Source: Candidatus Micrarchaeota archaeon (GTDB taxonomy: Archaea; Micrarchaeota; Micrarchaeia; Anstonellales; Bilamarchaeaceae). From it: DNA of 64,000 bases. Below are positions 56,225 through 64,000 of the stretch, piece by piece. The notes under the pieces were generated by a model, which saw only the letters and a list, made by a program, of their open reading frames with translations, searched no databases and had not been told where the DNA came from. Every line of letters starts with the position of its first letter. The first letter of the stretch is position 1. Location: the NCBI GenBank assembly GCA_040758595.1, contig JBFLVJ010000003.1, forward strand, positions 20,721 to 84,720, written 5' to 3'. The translations under genes and the position numbers were made by a program.

Positions 56225-56306
56225 GCTGAAAGTATATTTTCATAGTATTTAAATGAAATGCCAAATTCATATATCTATTTAAATATGCTGAAAGTATACT
56301 TTCATA
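56225..56306 (+). promoter_or_regulatory. Duplicated palindrome GCTGAAAGTATAYTTTCATA (x2), each paired with TATTTAAAT. Copy 2 abuts the ATG of the downstream ATPase gene
   Basis: Copies lie at 56225-56244 and 56287-56306. The core TGAAAGTATACTTTCA is a perfect 16-nt palindrome. TATA-like TATTTAAAT boxes lie at 56246-56254 and 56276-56284. Confidence 0.55.
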
Positions 56307-57418
56307 TGTATCTCACGCGCGAAGAAGAGCACGACCTGATGGGGCTTCTGGACTGGAAAGAGGCTATCGCTCTCATAGGGCCGAGGCGGGCCGGCAAGAC
56401 GACGCTGGCGCTCCGCATGCTGGATATCTGGAAGTCCAGGGGTGGGGAAGGCCGTTATCTGGATCTGGAGGCTATCGGGAGCCCTTCCACCCCTGCCGAT
56501 CTGCTCAAAGAGATGACCTCTCTTCCTGAGGGCGGTCTCATGGTCCTGGACGAGGTGCAGGTCGTGCCTGGCTGGGTGAAAGCGGTTCGCCAGGAAGCAG
56601 AGCGCAAGAAAAGGCGCCTCATGATAACCGGCTCAAGCGCATCCATGCTTTCCAAGGAGATATCCTCTTCATTGGGCGGAAGGGCGATACCGGAACGGGT
56701 GCTGACGCTCTCCTACCGCGATGCGAGGGCATGGGGGCTGAAGTCCCTGAAGCAGTATATGGATGTCGGCGGATATCCTGAGTGCGTGCTGAGGCCTGAT
56801 GACGCCTCCAGGCTCCACAAGCTCTATCTGGAGCTGACGGTACTGCGGGATGTGGCGGCCAGGAAAGGGATACGGGAAACCAAACCGCTTTCAGACCTGG
56901 CGCTGCTCGCTCTATCTGAACCCGGCAAGATGCTGGCATCAAAGAAGACCTCCTCCATGCTGGGCATAAGCCAGCCCACGTTTCGCTCGTTTCTGGATGC
57001 GCTCAATGACGCATATCTGATATTGTCAGTGCCCCCTTTTATGCGGTCTCCGCGGCAGAGGCTGGTATCGGAGGCCAAGCATTACGCCTATGACACCGGA
57101 TTGCAGAAATCTGTGAGCATCTCCACCGAGGATGACGCCGGACGCAGGCTCGAGAATGTGGTGGCTATAGAGCTCGTCAGGCGGGGGTATTCCTTGTCTT
57201 ATCTGAAGGCCGATGGCGCTGAATGCGATTTCATAGCACAGAAGGCAGGCGCAGAGACGCTCGCCGTCCAGGTGTGGGGCGGAGAAGGCGGGATCCCTGA
57301 GAGGGAATCAGCCGGGCTGAAGGCCGGGATGGAAGCCGCCAGGGCCAAAGGCCTGGTCCTCGGATTGGAAAATGCCGCCGGTGTGAAGAAGATAGACGAT
57401 TGGCTGCTGGAGCGGTAA
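56306..57418 (+). CDS. AAA-domain ATPase of the archaeal COG1373/DUF4143-like family
   Basis: Walker A is GPRRAGKTT and Walker B is LMVLDEVQ. The C-terminal domain is typical of this family. Start chosen at the ATG at 56306 (leaderless position after TATA); the ORF is open from 56258. Confidence 0.55.
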   Translation: MYLTREEEHDLMGLLDWKEAIALIGPRRAGKTTLALRMLDIWKSRGGEGRYLDLEAIGSPSTPADLLKEMTSLPEGGLMVLDEVQVVPGWVKAVRQEAERKKRRLMITGSSASMLSKEISSSLGGRAIPERVLTLSYRDARAWGLKSLKQYMDVGGYPECVLRPDDASRLHKLYLELTVLRDVAARKGIRETKPLSDLALLALSEPGKMLASKKTSSMLGISQPTFRSFLDALNDAYLILSVPPFMRSPRQRLVSEAKHYAYDTGLQKSVSISTEDDAGRRLENVVAIELVRRGYSLSYLKADGAECDFIAQKAGAETLAVQVWGGEGGIPERESAGLKAGMEAARAKGLVLGLENAAGVKKIDDWLLER

Positions 57419-57434
57419 ACCTGGCTACTCTATT

Positions 57435-58301
57435 CTATCGCAGTTGTCCTTTCATGAACGGCTCAGCGGCCTTGTAGGAGCTCCTCACGAGCGGGCCGGA
57501 AGCCACATGCGTGAATCCCAGCGAATAGGCGAGCGTTTCGTATTCCTTGAAGCGTTCCGGCCTCACATATTCGGCCACCGGGAAATGGGCCTTGCTGGGA
57601 GCCAGGTATTGCCCCATCGTGACAAGCTCCACGCCGGCTTCACGCAGATCCCGGAGCGTCTGCTCCACTTCCTCTGCGCTCTCGCCCATGCCGACCATCA
57701 ATCCGGATTTCACGACCGCCTTGCCCCCAGACAGTTTCCCGAACATCCGCAGGACAGCCAGCGACTGCCTGTAGCCCGCCCGCGTATCCCTCACGGCAGG
57801 CGTCAGTCTTTCCACGGTCTCGACATTGTGCGACAGCACATCCGCTCCGGACATCGCCACAATCCCCACGGCCTTCCCGTCGCCCTGGAAATCCGGCACC
57901 AGTATCTCCACAATCAGATTAGGCATCTTTTCCTTGAGCGCCTTCACGCAAGAAGCGATGTGTCCAGCCCCGCCATCGGGCAGGTCATCCCGCGTGACCG
58001 ATGTCACCACGACGTACCTGAGGCCGAGCGTCGAGACCGCATCGGCTAGTTTCGCAGGTTCATCAGGATCGAGAGGGGGCGGCTTGGACATGGTCTTGAC
58101 CGCGCAGAATCTGCATCCTCGTGTGCAGCGCTCCCCCATCACCATGAAGGTGGCTGTGCCGGCAGCCCAGCATTCGCTCCGGTTCGGGCAGTGGGCGCTC
58201 TGGCAGACCGAATGCAGCTTGAGTCTTTTCATCATGGCGGCGATGGCGCTGGACTTGTCGTTCTCGATGTGCCTTATCTTCAGCCAGTCCGGCAGTGCCA
58301 T
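57435..58301 (-). CDS. lipA: Lipoyl synthase (radical SAM)
   Basis: The auxiliary cluster motif is CPNRSECW and the radical-SAM cluster motif is CTRGCRFC. Confidence 0.85.
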   Translation of the reverse strand: MALPDWLKIRHIENDKSSAIAAMMKRLKLHSVCQSAHCPNRSECWAAGTATFMVMGERCTRGCRFCAVKTMSKPPPLDPDEPAKLADAVSTLGLRYVVVTSVTRDDLPDGGAGHIASCVKALKEKMPNLIVEILVPDFQGDGKAVGIVAMSGADVLSHNVETVERLTPAVRDTRAGYRQSLAVLRMFGKLSGGKAVVKSGLMVGMGESAEEVEQTLRDLREAGVELVTMGQYLAPSKAHFPVAEYVRPERFKEYETLAYSLGFTHVASGPLVRSSYKAAEPFMKGQLR

Positions 58302-58326
58302 GAGGATAAGAAAGAAAAGAATGTTT

Positions 58327-59016
58327 TTAGGCCCTTCTGGATGGCTGAGGGGTCTGCGGGCGCCTCATGGACGGCAACTGGATGACATCAGCCATCTTCA
58401 TCGGCGCCTTGATGCTGGCGGCCATCTCCAGAGGCATCATCTTGGCCATGGTTTCCTTGGCGGCTTTCCTCGCTTTCGGGACGCCCTCTTTTTCCAGCAG
58501 CCTCAGGAAGTCCATATGGCTAGGGGTGTCTTGCATCTGCTTGAGCAGGCTGCGGAAACCCTTGCAGTCATATGTTGACATCTCGGCCATGAATATCTTG
58601 GCCCCCTGGTCTGTGAAATTGCCTCTGCACAGCAGCGTTGCGGCATCATCTACCAGTCTCTGGATGGAGACCATATCCTCGGTCTTGCCGAACGCCTGGA
58701 GCACGATGACCGCGACCTTCTTCATGTTGCTCTCCCAGCTCTCGCCGACATCCACGCCCCTCCTCTTGAGCAGGGAGCTGAGTATCGAAATCCGGTGCTC
58801 TACCTTATCGTATAGAAGCAGCCTAACATCATCAGGCGGAGCCATCCTCTCGGCGATCTCTCCGAGGACATAGTCCATCCTGTCGTAGGCGGCCACGAGG
58901 CCCTTCTCGTCCCGGGCATTGAGCAACATCTCGCGTGTGCCTTTGGCAAGCACCGCATTGGCCTCCCTCCAGAAGGCCCGTTCATCGAAGCCGGCAAGCG
59001 GCATATTCCCGTCCAT
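58327..59016 (-). CDS. Hypothetical protein
   Basis: 229-aa ORF with coherent codon usage and no recognisable motif. Confidence 0.35.
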   Translation of the reverse strand: MDGNMPLAGFDERAFWREANAVLAKGTREMLLNARDEKGLVAAYDRMDYVLGEIAERMAPPDDVRLLLYDKVEHRISILSSLLKRRGVDVGESWESNMKKVAVIVLQAFGKTEDMVSIQRLVDDAATLLCRGNFTDQGAKIFMAEMSTYDCKGFRSLLKQMQDTPSHMDFLRLLEKEGVPKARKAAKETMAKMMPLEMAASIKAPMKMADVIQLPSMRRPQTPQPSRRA

Positions 59017-59207
59017 TCGTCCACCCCCGATATCGGACGGATATCAGCGTTTTTGGGACTACATCTAACAGGGTCGATTTTATATACGTTTCGAAAAAGT
59101 GTGGTGAAAAATGCATGGATTTCGGCTTTTAACGACACGGAAACACACAATTCTCTCGGCAAGGCGTCATTTTCACGACGAAAACCTGGAAAAACAGTGG
59201 AAAACCA

Positions 59208-59417
59208 CTAAGCGCTCTTCCCGGACATAATGTCCGGTTCCTTCCCGGCCCAGACCTCGTAGAGGTTCATCCCGCCCTGGGAGCGCTTGATTATCGTCGT
59301 CGTATATCCCTTCATCTCGTACTGCTGGGCCACCCGCTCGGCTTCCTCGATGCTCTGGGTCCTGGCGACGAGGGCCATGGCGGGCGTCTTCCCTATCGTC
59401 CGGTCCGGCCTTTCCAT
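59208..59417 (-). CDS. Small hypothetical protein (69 aa)
   Basis: Short ORF in an otherwise empty ~450-nt gap. Weak. Confidence 0.2.
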   Translation of the reverse strand: MERPDRTIGKTPAMALVARTQSIEEAERVAQQYEMKGYTTTIIKRSQGGMNLYEVWAGKEPDIMSGKSA

Positions 59418-59476
59418 GCTATCGTCTTTCCTGCTATTGATGTATTTTTTCTAATCGGGGCGCAACTTTTTATGCC

Positions 59477-60553
59477 TTGTCAGGAAATGATTGGTTTATG
59501 AATGGTGCAGCGACGGCTAAAAAACGCATAACTCCCAGGGAACTGAGATCGATAAGGGCACCTCCTGGTGTCCGCGACTTACAGCCAATCCTTGCGATGG
59601 CCCCGTTGCTCGAGGAGATGATGGGGGTGGGCGTCGGCCTGTCCATCAGGCAGGGGGCGGCAGGACAGAGCGATCAGGTCTACCTCTCCCCTAGATATCA
59701 GGAGCTCATGGGTGAGCCGACAATCCCTCTCCTGGAGGATACCATATCCATGCAGATCGGCGATTCGGTGCTGAACCTGAGGCTGCTGAGCCCCGATGAC
59801 CAGCCTGAGAAGCTTGATCGGCTGGCCAAGATGGCCATGGTCGGTGAAGTATCCGTCGGGCTGGCCCACGACATAAGGAATGTACTGACCATCATCATGG
59901 GCAACCTGGACCTCATCAGGAGAAGCGTGCCTGATGCAAAGGGCATATCCTATGGCAATCGGAATGCGGCTGATTTCATCGCAGACATGGATGATGCCAT
60001 CGCGATGGGCATGAGCATGTGCCGTAGGATAGAGGAGCTCGGGTCGACGAGGCGGGAACTGTCTACCGAGGATCTCTCGGCAATCGTGCAGTCGGTCGTC
60101 AACACGGTCAACAATCGCATAAAGAACGCGCCTGGGGGCGAGGGCGCCCTCAAGATAACCAATCTGGCCACAGATACTATCTTCGTAAGAGTGGTTTCGG
60201 CCGAAGTGCAGATGGCGATGCTCAACATACTGTTCAACGCTATCCGCTACTGCGGGACCCCTGACGGGAAGGGGCACATCATCATAGCTTCGGAGTCGTA
60301 TGCTTCACATTCGGTGCTCTCCATCTGGAACAACGGCCCGCCCATACCTCCGCAGGTTCAGGAGGGGCTGCTCAAGAGACCTCTCGCATCCGCGACCGTC
60401 CATGGCTATGGGCTCTACACCGCGGCATCGAACCTCGAGAGCTTCGGGGTCGAGCTGAGCTTCACGTCGGGCGAAGATGGCACCGAATTCCGGATGAGAT
60501 TCCCGAGGCCAGAGCGGCGGAAGCCAGAAGGGCCGGCTCCTGCTTCTGAATGA
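59477..60553 (+). CDS. Sensor histidine kinase (paralog of 48372-49286), no adjacent response regulator
   Basis: H-box HDIRNVLTIIMGNLDL, an N-box near NAIRYCG and a G-box YGLYTAA. The C-terminal layout is similar to the other kinase. Confidence 0.55.
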   Translation: MSGNDWFMNGAATAKKRITPRELRSIRAPPGVRDLQPILAMAPLLEEMMGVGVGLSIRQGAAGQSDQVYLSPRYQELMGEPTIPLLEDTISMQIGDSVLNLRLLSPDDQPEKLDRLAKMAMVGEVSVGLAHDIRNVLTIIMGNLDLIRRSVPDAKGISYGNRNAADFIADMDDAIAMGMSMCRRIEELGSTRRELSTEDLSAIVQSVVNTVNNRIKNAPGGEGALKITNLATDTIFVRVVSAEVQMAMLNILFNAIRYCGTPDGKGHIIIASESYASHSVLSIWNNGPPIPPQVQEGLLKRPLASATVHGYGLYTAASNLESFGVELSFTSGEDGTEFRMRFPRPERRKPEGPAPASE

Positions 60554-60681
60554 ACCCATGACACAAAACCCAGAACTCGAAACAAATGGAAAGTGGTGCT
60601 GTCGTGGCATCGCTGCGCTCGCTCCTTCCCTATCTTTCCTGAGCCCAAACCCAAGACTGGAAACTGGAGACGAATGAAAGA

Positions 60682-60905
60682 TGGGGCCGCCGAGATTTGA
60701 ACTCAGATCAAGGCCTTTTCCTGAAACCGATGGCTTTTACTGCCTCAGGGCTTTCCATGAAAGCTTTGCCCTTGGCTATGCAGAAGTCAAAGGTTTCACC
60801 CGAAGGCCCCAGTCTACCAGGGAAGCTGCGTTCCGGGTTTTCTGTTTTGGGTTCTGAAATCAAAACCCGAAACTCGAGACCCGAGACGCTTTAGCCCACG
60901 GCCCC
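60682..60905 (-). tRNA. Intron-containing tRNA on the minus strand (tentatively tRNA-Pro, anticodon CGG), probably with two introns
   Basis: On the minus strand, 5' GGGGCCG pairs perfectly with 3' CGGCCCC followed by discriminator A, 224 nt apart. The T-arm CTGAG-TTCAAAT-CTCGG is perfect. A candidate anticodon stem-loop GGGCC-TTCGGG|intron|A-GGCCT places an ~84-nt intron at 37/38. About 70 extra nt in the D-arm region imply a second intron that I could not resolve by eye. Confidence 0.5.
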
Positions 60906-61031
60906 TTGAAAATCGCAAAACTATCTCCACACAGTCTCCCCATGCTTCGATGAGAACCACTAGCACAGCAGTCCCCATTGTCTTGCGTTTCTTAGATATT
61001 GGATAACGATTCTCATTTTAAATGATGGCTC

Positions 61032-61826
61032 TCAGCCACTTGGCCTCAGAATTTCAGGGTCTACACTACAGACAATCGTTATCTCAGTGTTTTTCAAGAG
61101 ATCGTTCTCCCTAACAATTTGTCTAATCGCCCCCTTCACCCGTTTTTGCTGTTTACGATTGAGGGATGACCATTTGACAGGATATTCCTTTTTGCCATCA
61201 CCCGGGAAAATGATGTGATCCACAGAAAGAAGTCGGTCCATCCTGCTCGCATTTCTATGATACACATTCAAAATGGGCAGTAACATGTCCATGTTCCTCT
61301 TTAAGTAATTCTTTACTCTTGCCCCCAGTCCGCGTTTACCCATGGCTCGCTCGTAGCTTTCCCGCACCCTCCTGCTTATATGCGCTCTTTGTAGCCGGTG
61401 CAGCTCGTTCAAGGCTCTATGGATGTTGACATACGCTTTACTCATCAATAGCTCATAAGCTTCTCTCGTGGTTTTGTTTCCCTCCGGAGCAAAAACCTCC
61501 CTCTCGAGCCCATAGATAACCATGTTTTCCCTCTCGATGCTGTAGTCTCTCGAGTATCTATTTATCAGACTGAAGTTCTGGATTACGCGACTAGGTACGC
61601 CACTCTGGGCTCTCTTAGTTAGCTTGTACTCCTTCTCCTCCTTCCTGACGAACCCTTTCTCCTGTAGCTTCTTCAATTTCCTGTGGAGTTCAGATACCGA
61701 AATCCTATAACCATGAACCCCCTTTATATATCGGATAATCCCGGGCCAATCCTTCTCCCCGCTCATAAGTGCATCGAGAATCTGGGGCATATTCCTCGTT
61801 CTAAGAAGTCCTGCTATCTCTTCCAT
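61032..61826 (-). CDS. Hypothetical protein with N-terminal winged-helix-like region, in the low-GC island
   Basis: 264-aa ORF. The N-terminus (ILDALMSGEKDWPGIIRYIKGVHGYRISVSELHRKLKKLQEKGFVRKEE) looks like a wHTH (PadR/MarR-like). GC is ~43% against the ~60% background. Confidence 0.35.
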   Translation of the reverse strand: MEEIAGLLRTRNMPQILDALMSGEKDWPGIIRYIKGVHGYRISVSELHRKLKKLQEKGFVRKEEKEYKLTKRAQSGVPSRVIQNFSLINRYSRDYSIERENMVIYGLEREVFAPEGNKTTREAYELLMSKAYVNIHRALNELHRLQRAHISRRVRESYERAMGKRGLGARVKNYLKRNMDMLLPILNVYHRNASRMDRLLSVDHIIFPGDGKKEYPVKWSSLNRKQQKRVKGAIRQIVRENDLLKNTEITIVCSVDPEILRPSG

Positions 61827-61896
61827 CTTATATCTCCACTTCCATTTTGGTAGTATAATTTATGAAGAGAAAATCCTTAAAAGGTTATATACGGCT

Positions 61897-62346
61897 GTGG
61901 CCGGAGGTAATGTTATGGGGTGTGAAAAGGTTACGTCCATCTTGCCAAAAAATTTCTTGGCGGTCGCTTTCGCTCACTGTTATAAACTCACACACACATC
62001 ACATATCTCAACGGAGAGTGTTATGCGTTTATACGTGGTTTGCCGGAAGTGTAATACAAAGATTTACTTCAGGAGCGAAGCAAAGACGCGTCACGAGCTG
62101 CCCCATCATTTTGAGTTGAGCTGTAATGTCCTCCTCTGCAGGCACAAGGAAATCTACACTCCTGGGGATGTAATCGCAGAGCCGAATCTATCTGCCTCTT
62201 CTGGAGCACTTCTTGGCGGTCTCATAGGCTTGGTGGGCGGACCCGAGGGTGCCATCATCTGTGGGATTCTAGGGGCAGGGATAGGGGAAAAGATAGAACG
62301 GGATGAACACGAAGCTGTCAGACGCTTCAATGAGGTGCAAGCCTGA
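61897..62346 (+). CDS. Hypothetical protein with CxxC...C..C zinc-ribbon-like N-terminus and a Gly-zipper C-terminus (low-GC island)
   Basis: CRKCNTKIYF ... CNVLLCRH, then GALLGGLIGLVGGPEGAIICGILGAGIG. Confidence 0.3.
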   Translation: MAGGNVMGCEKVTSILPKNFLAVAFAHCYKLTHTSHISTESVMRLYVVCRKCNTKIYFRSEAKTRHELPHHFELSCNVLLCRHKEIYTPGDVIAEPNLSASSGALLGGLIGLVGGPEGAIICGILGAGIGEKIERDEHEAVRRFNEVQA

Positions 62347-62681
62347 TGGGACTTCCGGTTATAGACCCCCTCGTTTTTTTCCCATTCCTTCTCCCGTTAT
62401 TCTACTCTGTATGGCGACTTTATGGAGCTGGTTTTAGACTTACTGCACAGCTCGCGATAGATGTTCTTGCCCGGAGCATCGCCGTTGCCACTGCGATTTC
62501 GTACTCGTTTGTCATTATTTCAAGTAACCTCCCGGCGGAAATAAACCTGGATGTGTGGCTCACACCACTTCCTCTAACCATCGTGGGCAGTGTTCTCCTT
62601 GTGGCATATGTCTGCAGGGATTTGAAGAACACACTTGATGTTCACCTCAAAGAGCCAAAAGAGGTCAAAACACAGAAATGA
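62346..62681 (+). CDS. Small hypothetical membrane protein (low-GC island)
   Basis: Three hydrophobic helices. Start and stop overlap the upstream gene (ATGA at 62343-62349). Confidence 0.3.
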   Translation: MGLPVIDPLVFFPFLLPLFYSVWRLYGAGFRLTAQLAIDVLARSIAVATAISYSFVIISSNLPAEINLDVWLTPLPLTIVGSVLLVAYVCRDLKNTLDVHLKEPKEVKTQK

Positions 62682-62723
62682 ACTGGCGATGGCGGGCGCC
62701 ACCTAACTACGGGACCCGTCAGT

Positions 62724-64000
62724 TTAGCCCCTCGATCTCCAGAATGCCAAACCTACAACCATGGCAAATGCTGTGGCCAAAGCAACTCTAAATATAGCCT
62801 CAAAGCTCATTAGGTCTATTCGTATCGTTTTCAAGCCGGCAAACTCCTGCCCCGCCTCATCTGCCATTGATTTAGCTGAGATGTATCGTTGCTCTCGAAA
62901 TAGTTGGTCGGCCTCATCAAGATTTTCGGCAGCTTCTCTTTGTTTTAGCTCGTATTCTTGGGAGAGCAGGATATTAACCCACTGTTGTTCGTACCTGGCG
63001 CTTGCGTTTTGAAGGGCATCTTCCGCATTTTTCCGATGTGCCATGAGGTATACGTTCGTGTTCTTTGCATCCATTGCCGCCCATTGCCTTTTGTCCCGGA
63101 GATACTCTGTTCCGGCCTCGAGTGTGCTGAATATGTTCCCCCGTCTCCTTGAAAATCCGCTACAGTCACCCTCCTTTAGACCATCCTTGAAGAGGCTGAC
63201 TGTTGTCGTTATCATGTCATCCTTGCCCGCGGCATTCACCAATTCTTCATTTATGCTGGCCCAGACCAGAGACATGTTGCTAAAGGTCCTTCTGTCTTTG
63301 GTTACAGCAGTTCCGATTTCGGAACCTGCTGACGCATACTCATAGTATGCCGCTCCAGCACTATCACCGACAACACAGGCCGCTAATTCAGCGACCTCTA
63401 GAACTGGCTGTGCTTCGTTCAGGATATTTATGCCAGTTACATACCCTCGCACTGTCTTTGTAGCCTGCCGGCTCCAGCCATAGGGTTCAAGCTTTTCCAG
63501 CAATGGGGGCAAGACAGAACCATGTTCTTCAACCTGTCTGTTGGCCTCGTGGTTAAGGAAAGAATCCAAGGTATCGGTTATGCCCGAGAGCATGCCGCAG
63601 CTCTCGCTTGCAATCTTTTCTAGGTCATAGCACTCGTACATCAAGAGGTACTGGTCTGAAATACGGCTGACTTCTAAATCCGAAACAAGACCATGTCCCT
63701 CAAACAGGTCGGTTAGTAGGTTCTCATCCTCAATAATCCTGCAATCTGACGCGACAATAAGCCTATGATCCCCACCATCGTCAGTGGGCATTATGACACT
63801 GTATTTCTTCTCGTTGAAATAGAATTGCTCCGGTCTATATCCCCAATGATACTCCGTTGTGTCGTACTCCACGTACAAATCCTTGAGACTTGTGCAATCT
63901 GTCAAGAGGGTGGCTGCAGGCCGATCTGCACGTTCCTTGTCAGATCCCACTCCCAGACCTGCTATTACGAAGATGGCCAGTACAATGAGAACCCCTATCG
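62724..64000 (-). CDS. Hypothetical membrane-anchored protein, N-terminus outside the window (low-GC island)
   Basis: The frame stays open upstream of the annotated start through a hydrophobic helix (...IGVLIVLAIFVIAGLGVGSD) to the window edge. There is a C-terminal TM (FRVALATAFAMVVGLAFW). Confidence 0.35.
   Translation of the reverse strand, partial: IGVLIVLAIFVIAGLGVGSDKERADRPAATLLTDCTSLKDLYVEYDTTEYHWGYRPEQFYFNEKKYSVIMPTDDGGDHRLIVASDCRIIEDENLLTDLFEGHGLVSDLEVSRISDQYLLMYECYDLEKIASESCGMLSGITDTLDSFLNHEANRQVEEHGSVLPPLLEKLEPYGWSRQATKTVRGYVTGINILNEAQPVLEVAELAACVVGDSAGAAYYEYASAGSEIGTAVTKDRRTFSNMSLVWASINEELVNAAGKDDMITTTVSLFKDGLKEGDCSGFSRRRGNIFSTLEAGTEYLRDKRQWAAMDAKNTNVYLMAHRKNAEDALQNASARYEQQWVNILLSQEYELKQREAAENLDEADQLFREQRYISAKSMADEAGQEFAGLKTIRIDLMSFEAIFRVALATAFAMVVGLAFWRSRG

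Overview
This 64 kb window is GC-rich (~60%) with dense, often overlapping genes on both strands. It looks like a chromosomal segment from a euryarchaeon, most likely a Thermoplasmata-type lineage. I infer this from several features: aRF1 with a GGQ motif, an archaeal RNase P Rpp21, an NMD3-like protein, an rpl11, a type 2 IPP isomerase, a Thermoplasma-style PMK-like/MVD-like mevalonate gene pair, a split LplA (lplB-lplA), archaeal class III (pilin) signal peptides, tRNAs carrying large introns, and BRE/TATA-type promoters. The housekeeping content comprises the C-terminus of a heavy-metal P-type ATPase, GGPP synthase, aRF1, purE, two divergent beta-carbonic-anhydrase paralogs, glmS, glnA, Lrp/AsnC regulators, and a 2-oxoacid dehydrogenase operon (E1a-E1b-E2-PolX-E3). 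It also includes lipA, kbl/tdh, an MFS transporter, a UbiA prenyltransferase, two orphan histidine kinases, a KaiC-like ATPase and a V4R protein. The most unusual feature is a ~7.5 kb co-directional operon on the minus strand (37158-44698). It holds a MoxR/CbbQ-like AAA+ ATPase, a CbbO/NorD-like vWA protein and six paralogous HEAT-repeat proteins that all end in a conserved Gly/Lys-rich C-terminal tail (consensus roughly GG-V/L-L-S-E-G-T-V-K-A/P-P-R/K-K). The operon is driven by two near-identical copies of a 29-nt promoter element. Other notable items: tRNA-Lys(UUU) has a 122-nt structured intron. A second tRNA with multiple introns sits at 60682-60905 on the minus strand, immediately followed by a low-GC (~42-45%) island that runs to the window end. 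An identical 18-mer lies downstream of both tRNAs. Tandem palindromic operator-like sites are present in two intergenic regions. All calls rest on reading the translated ORFs and the DNA by eye; no database searches were run.
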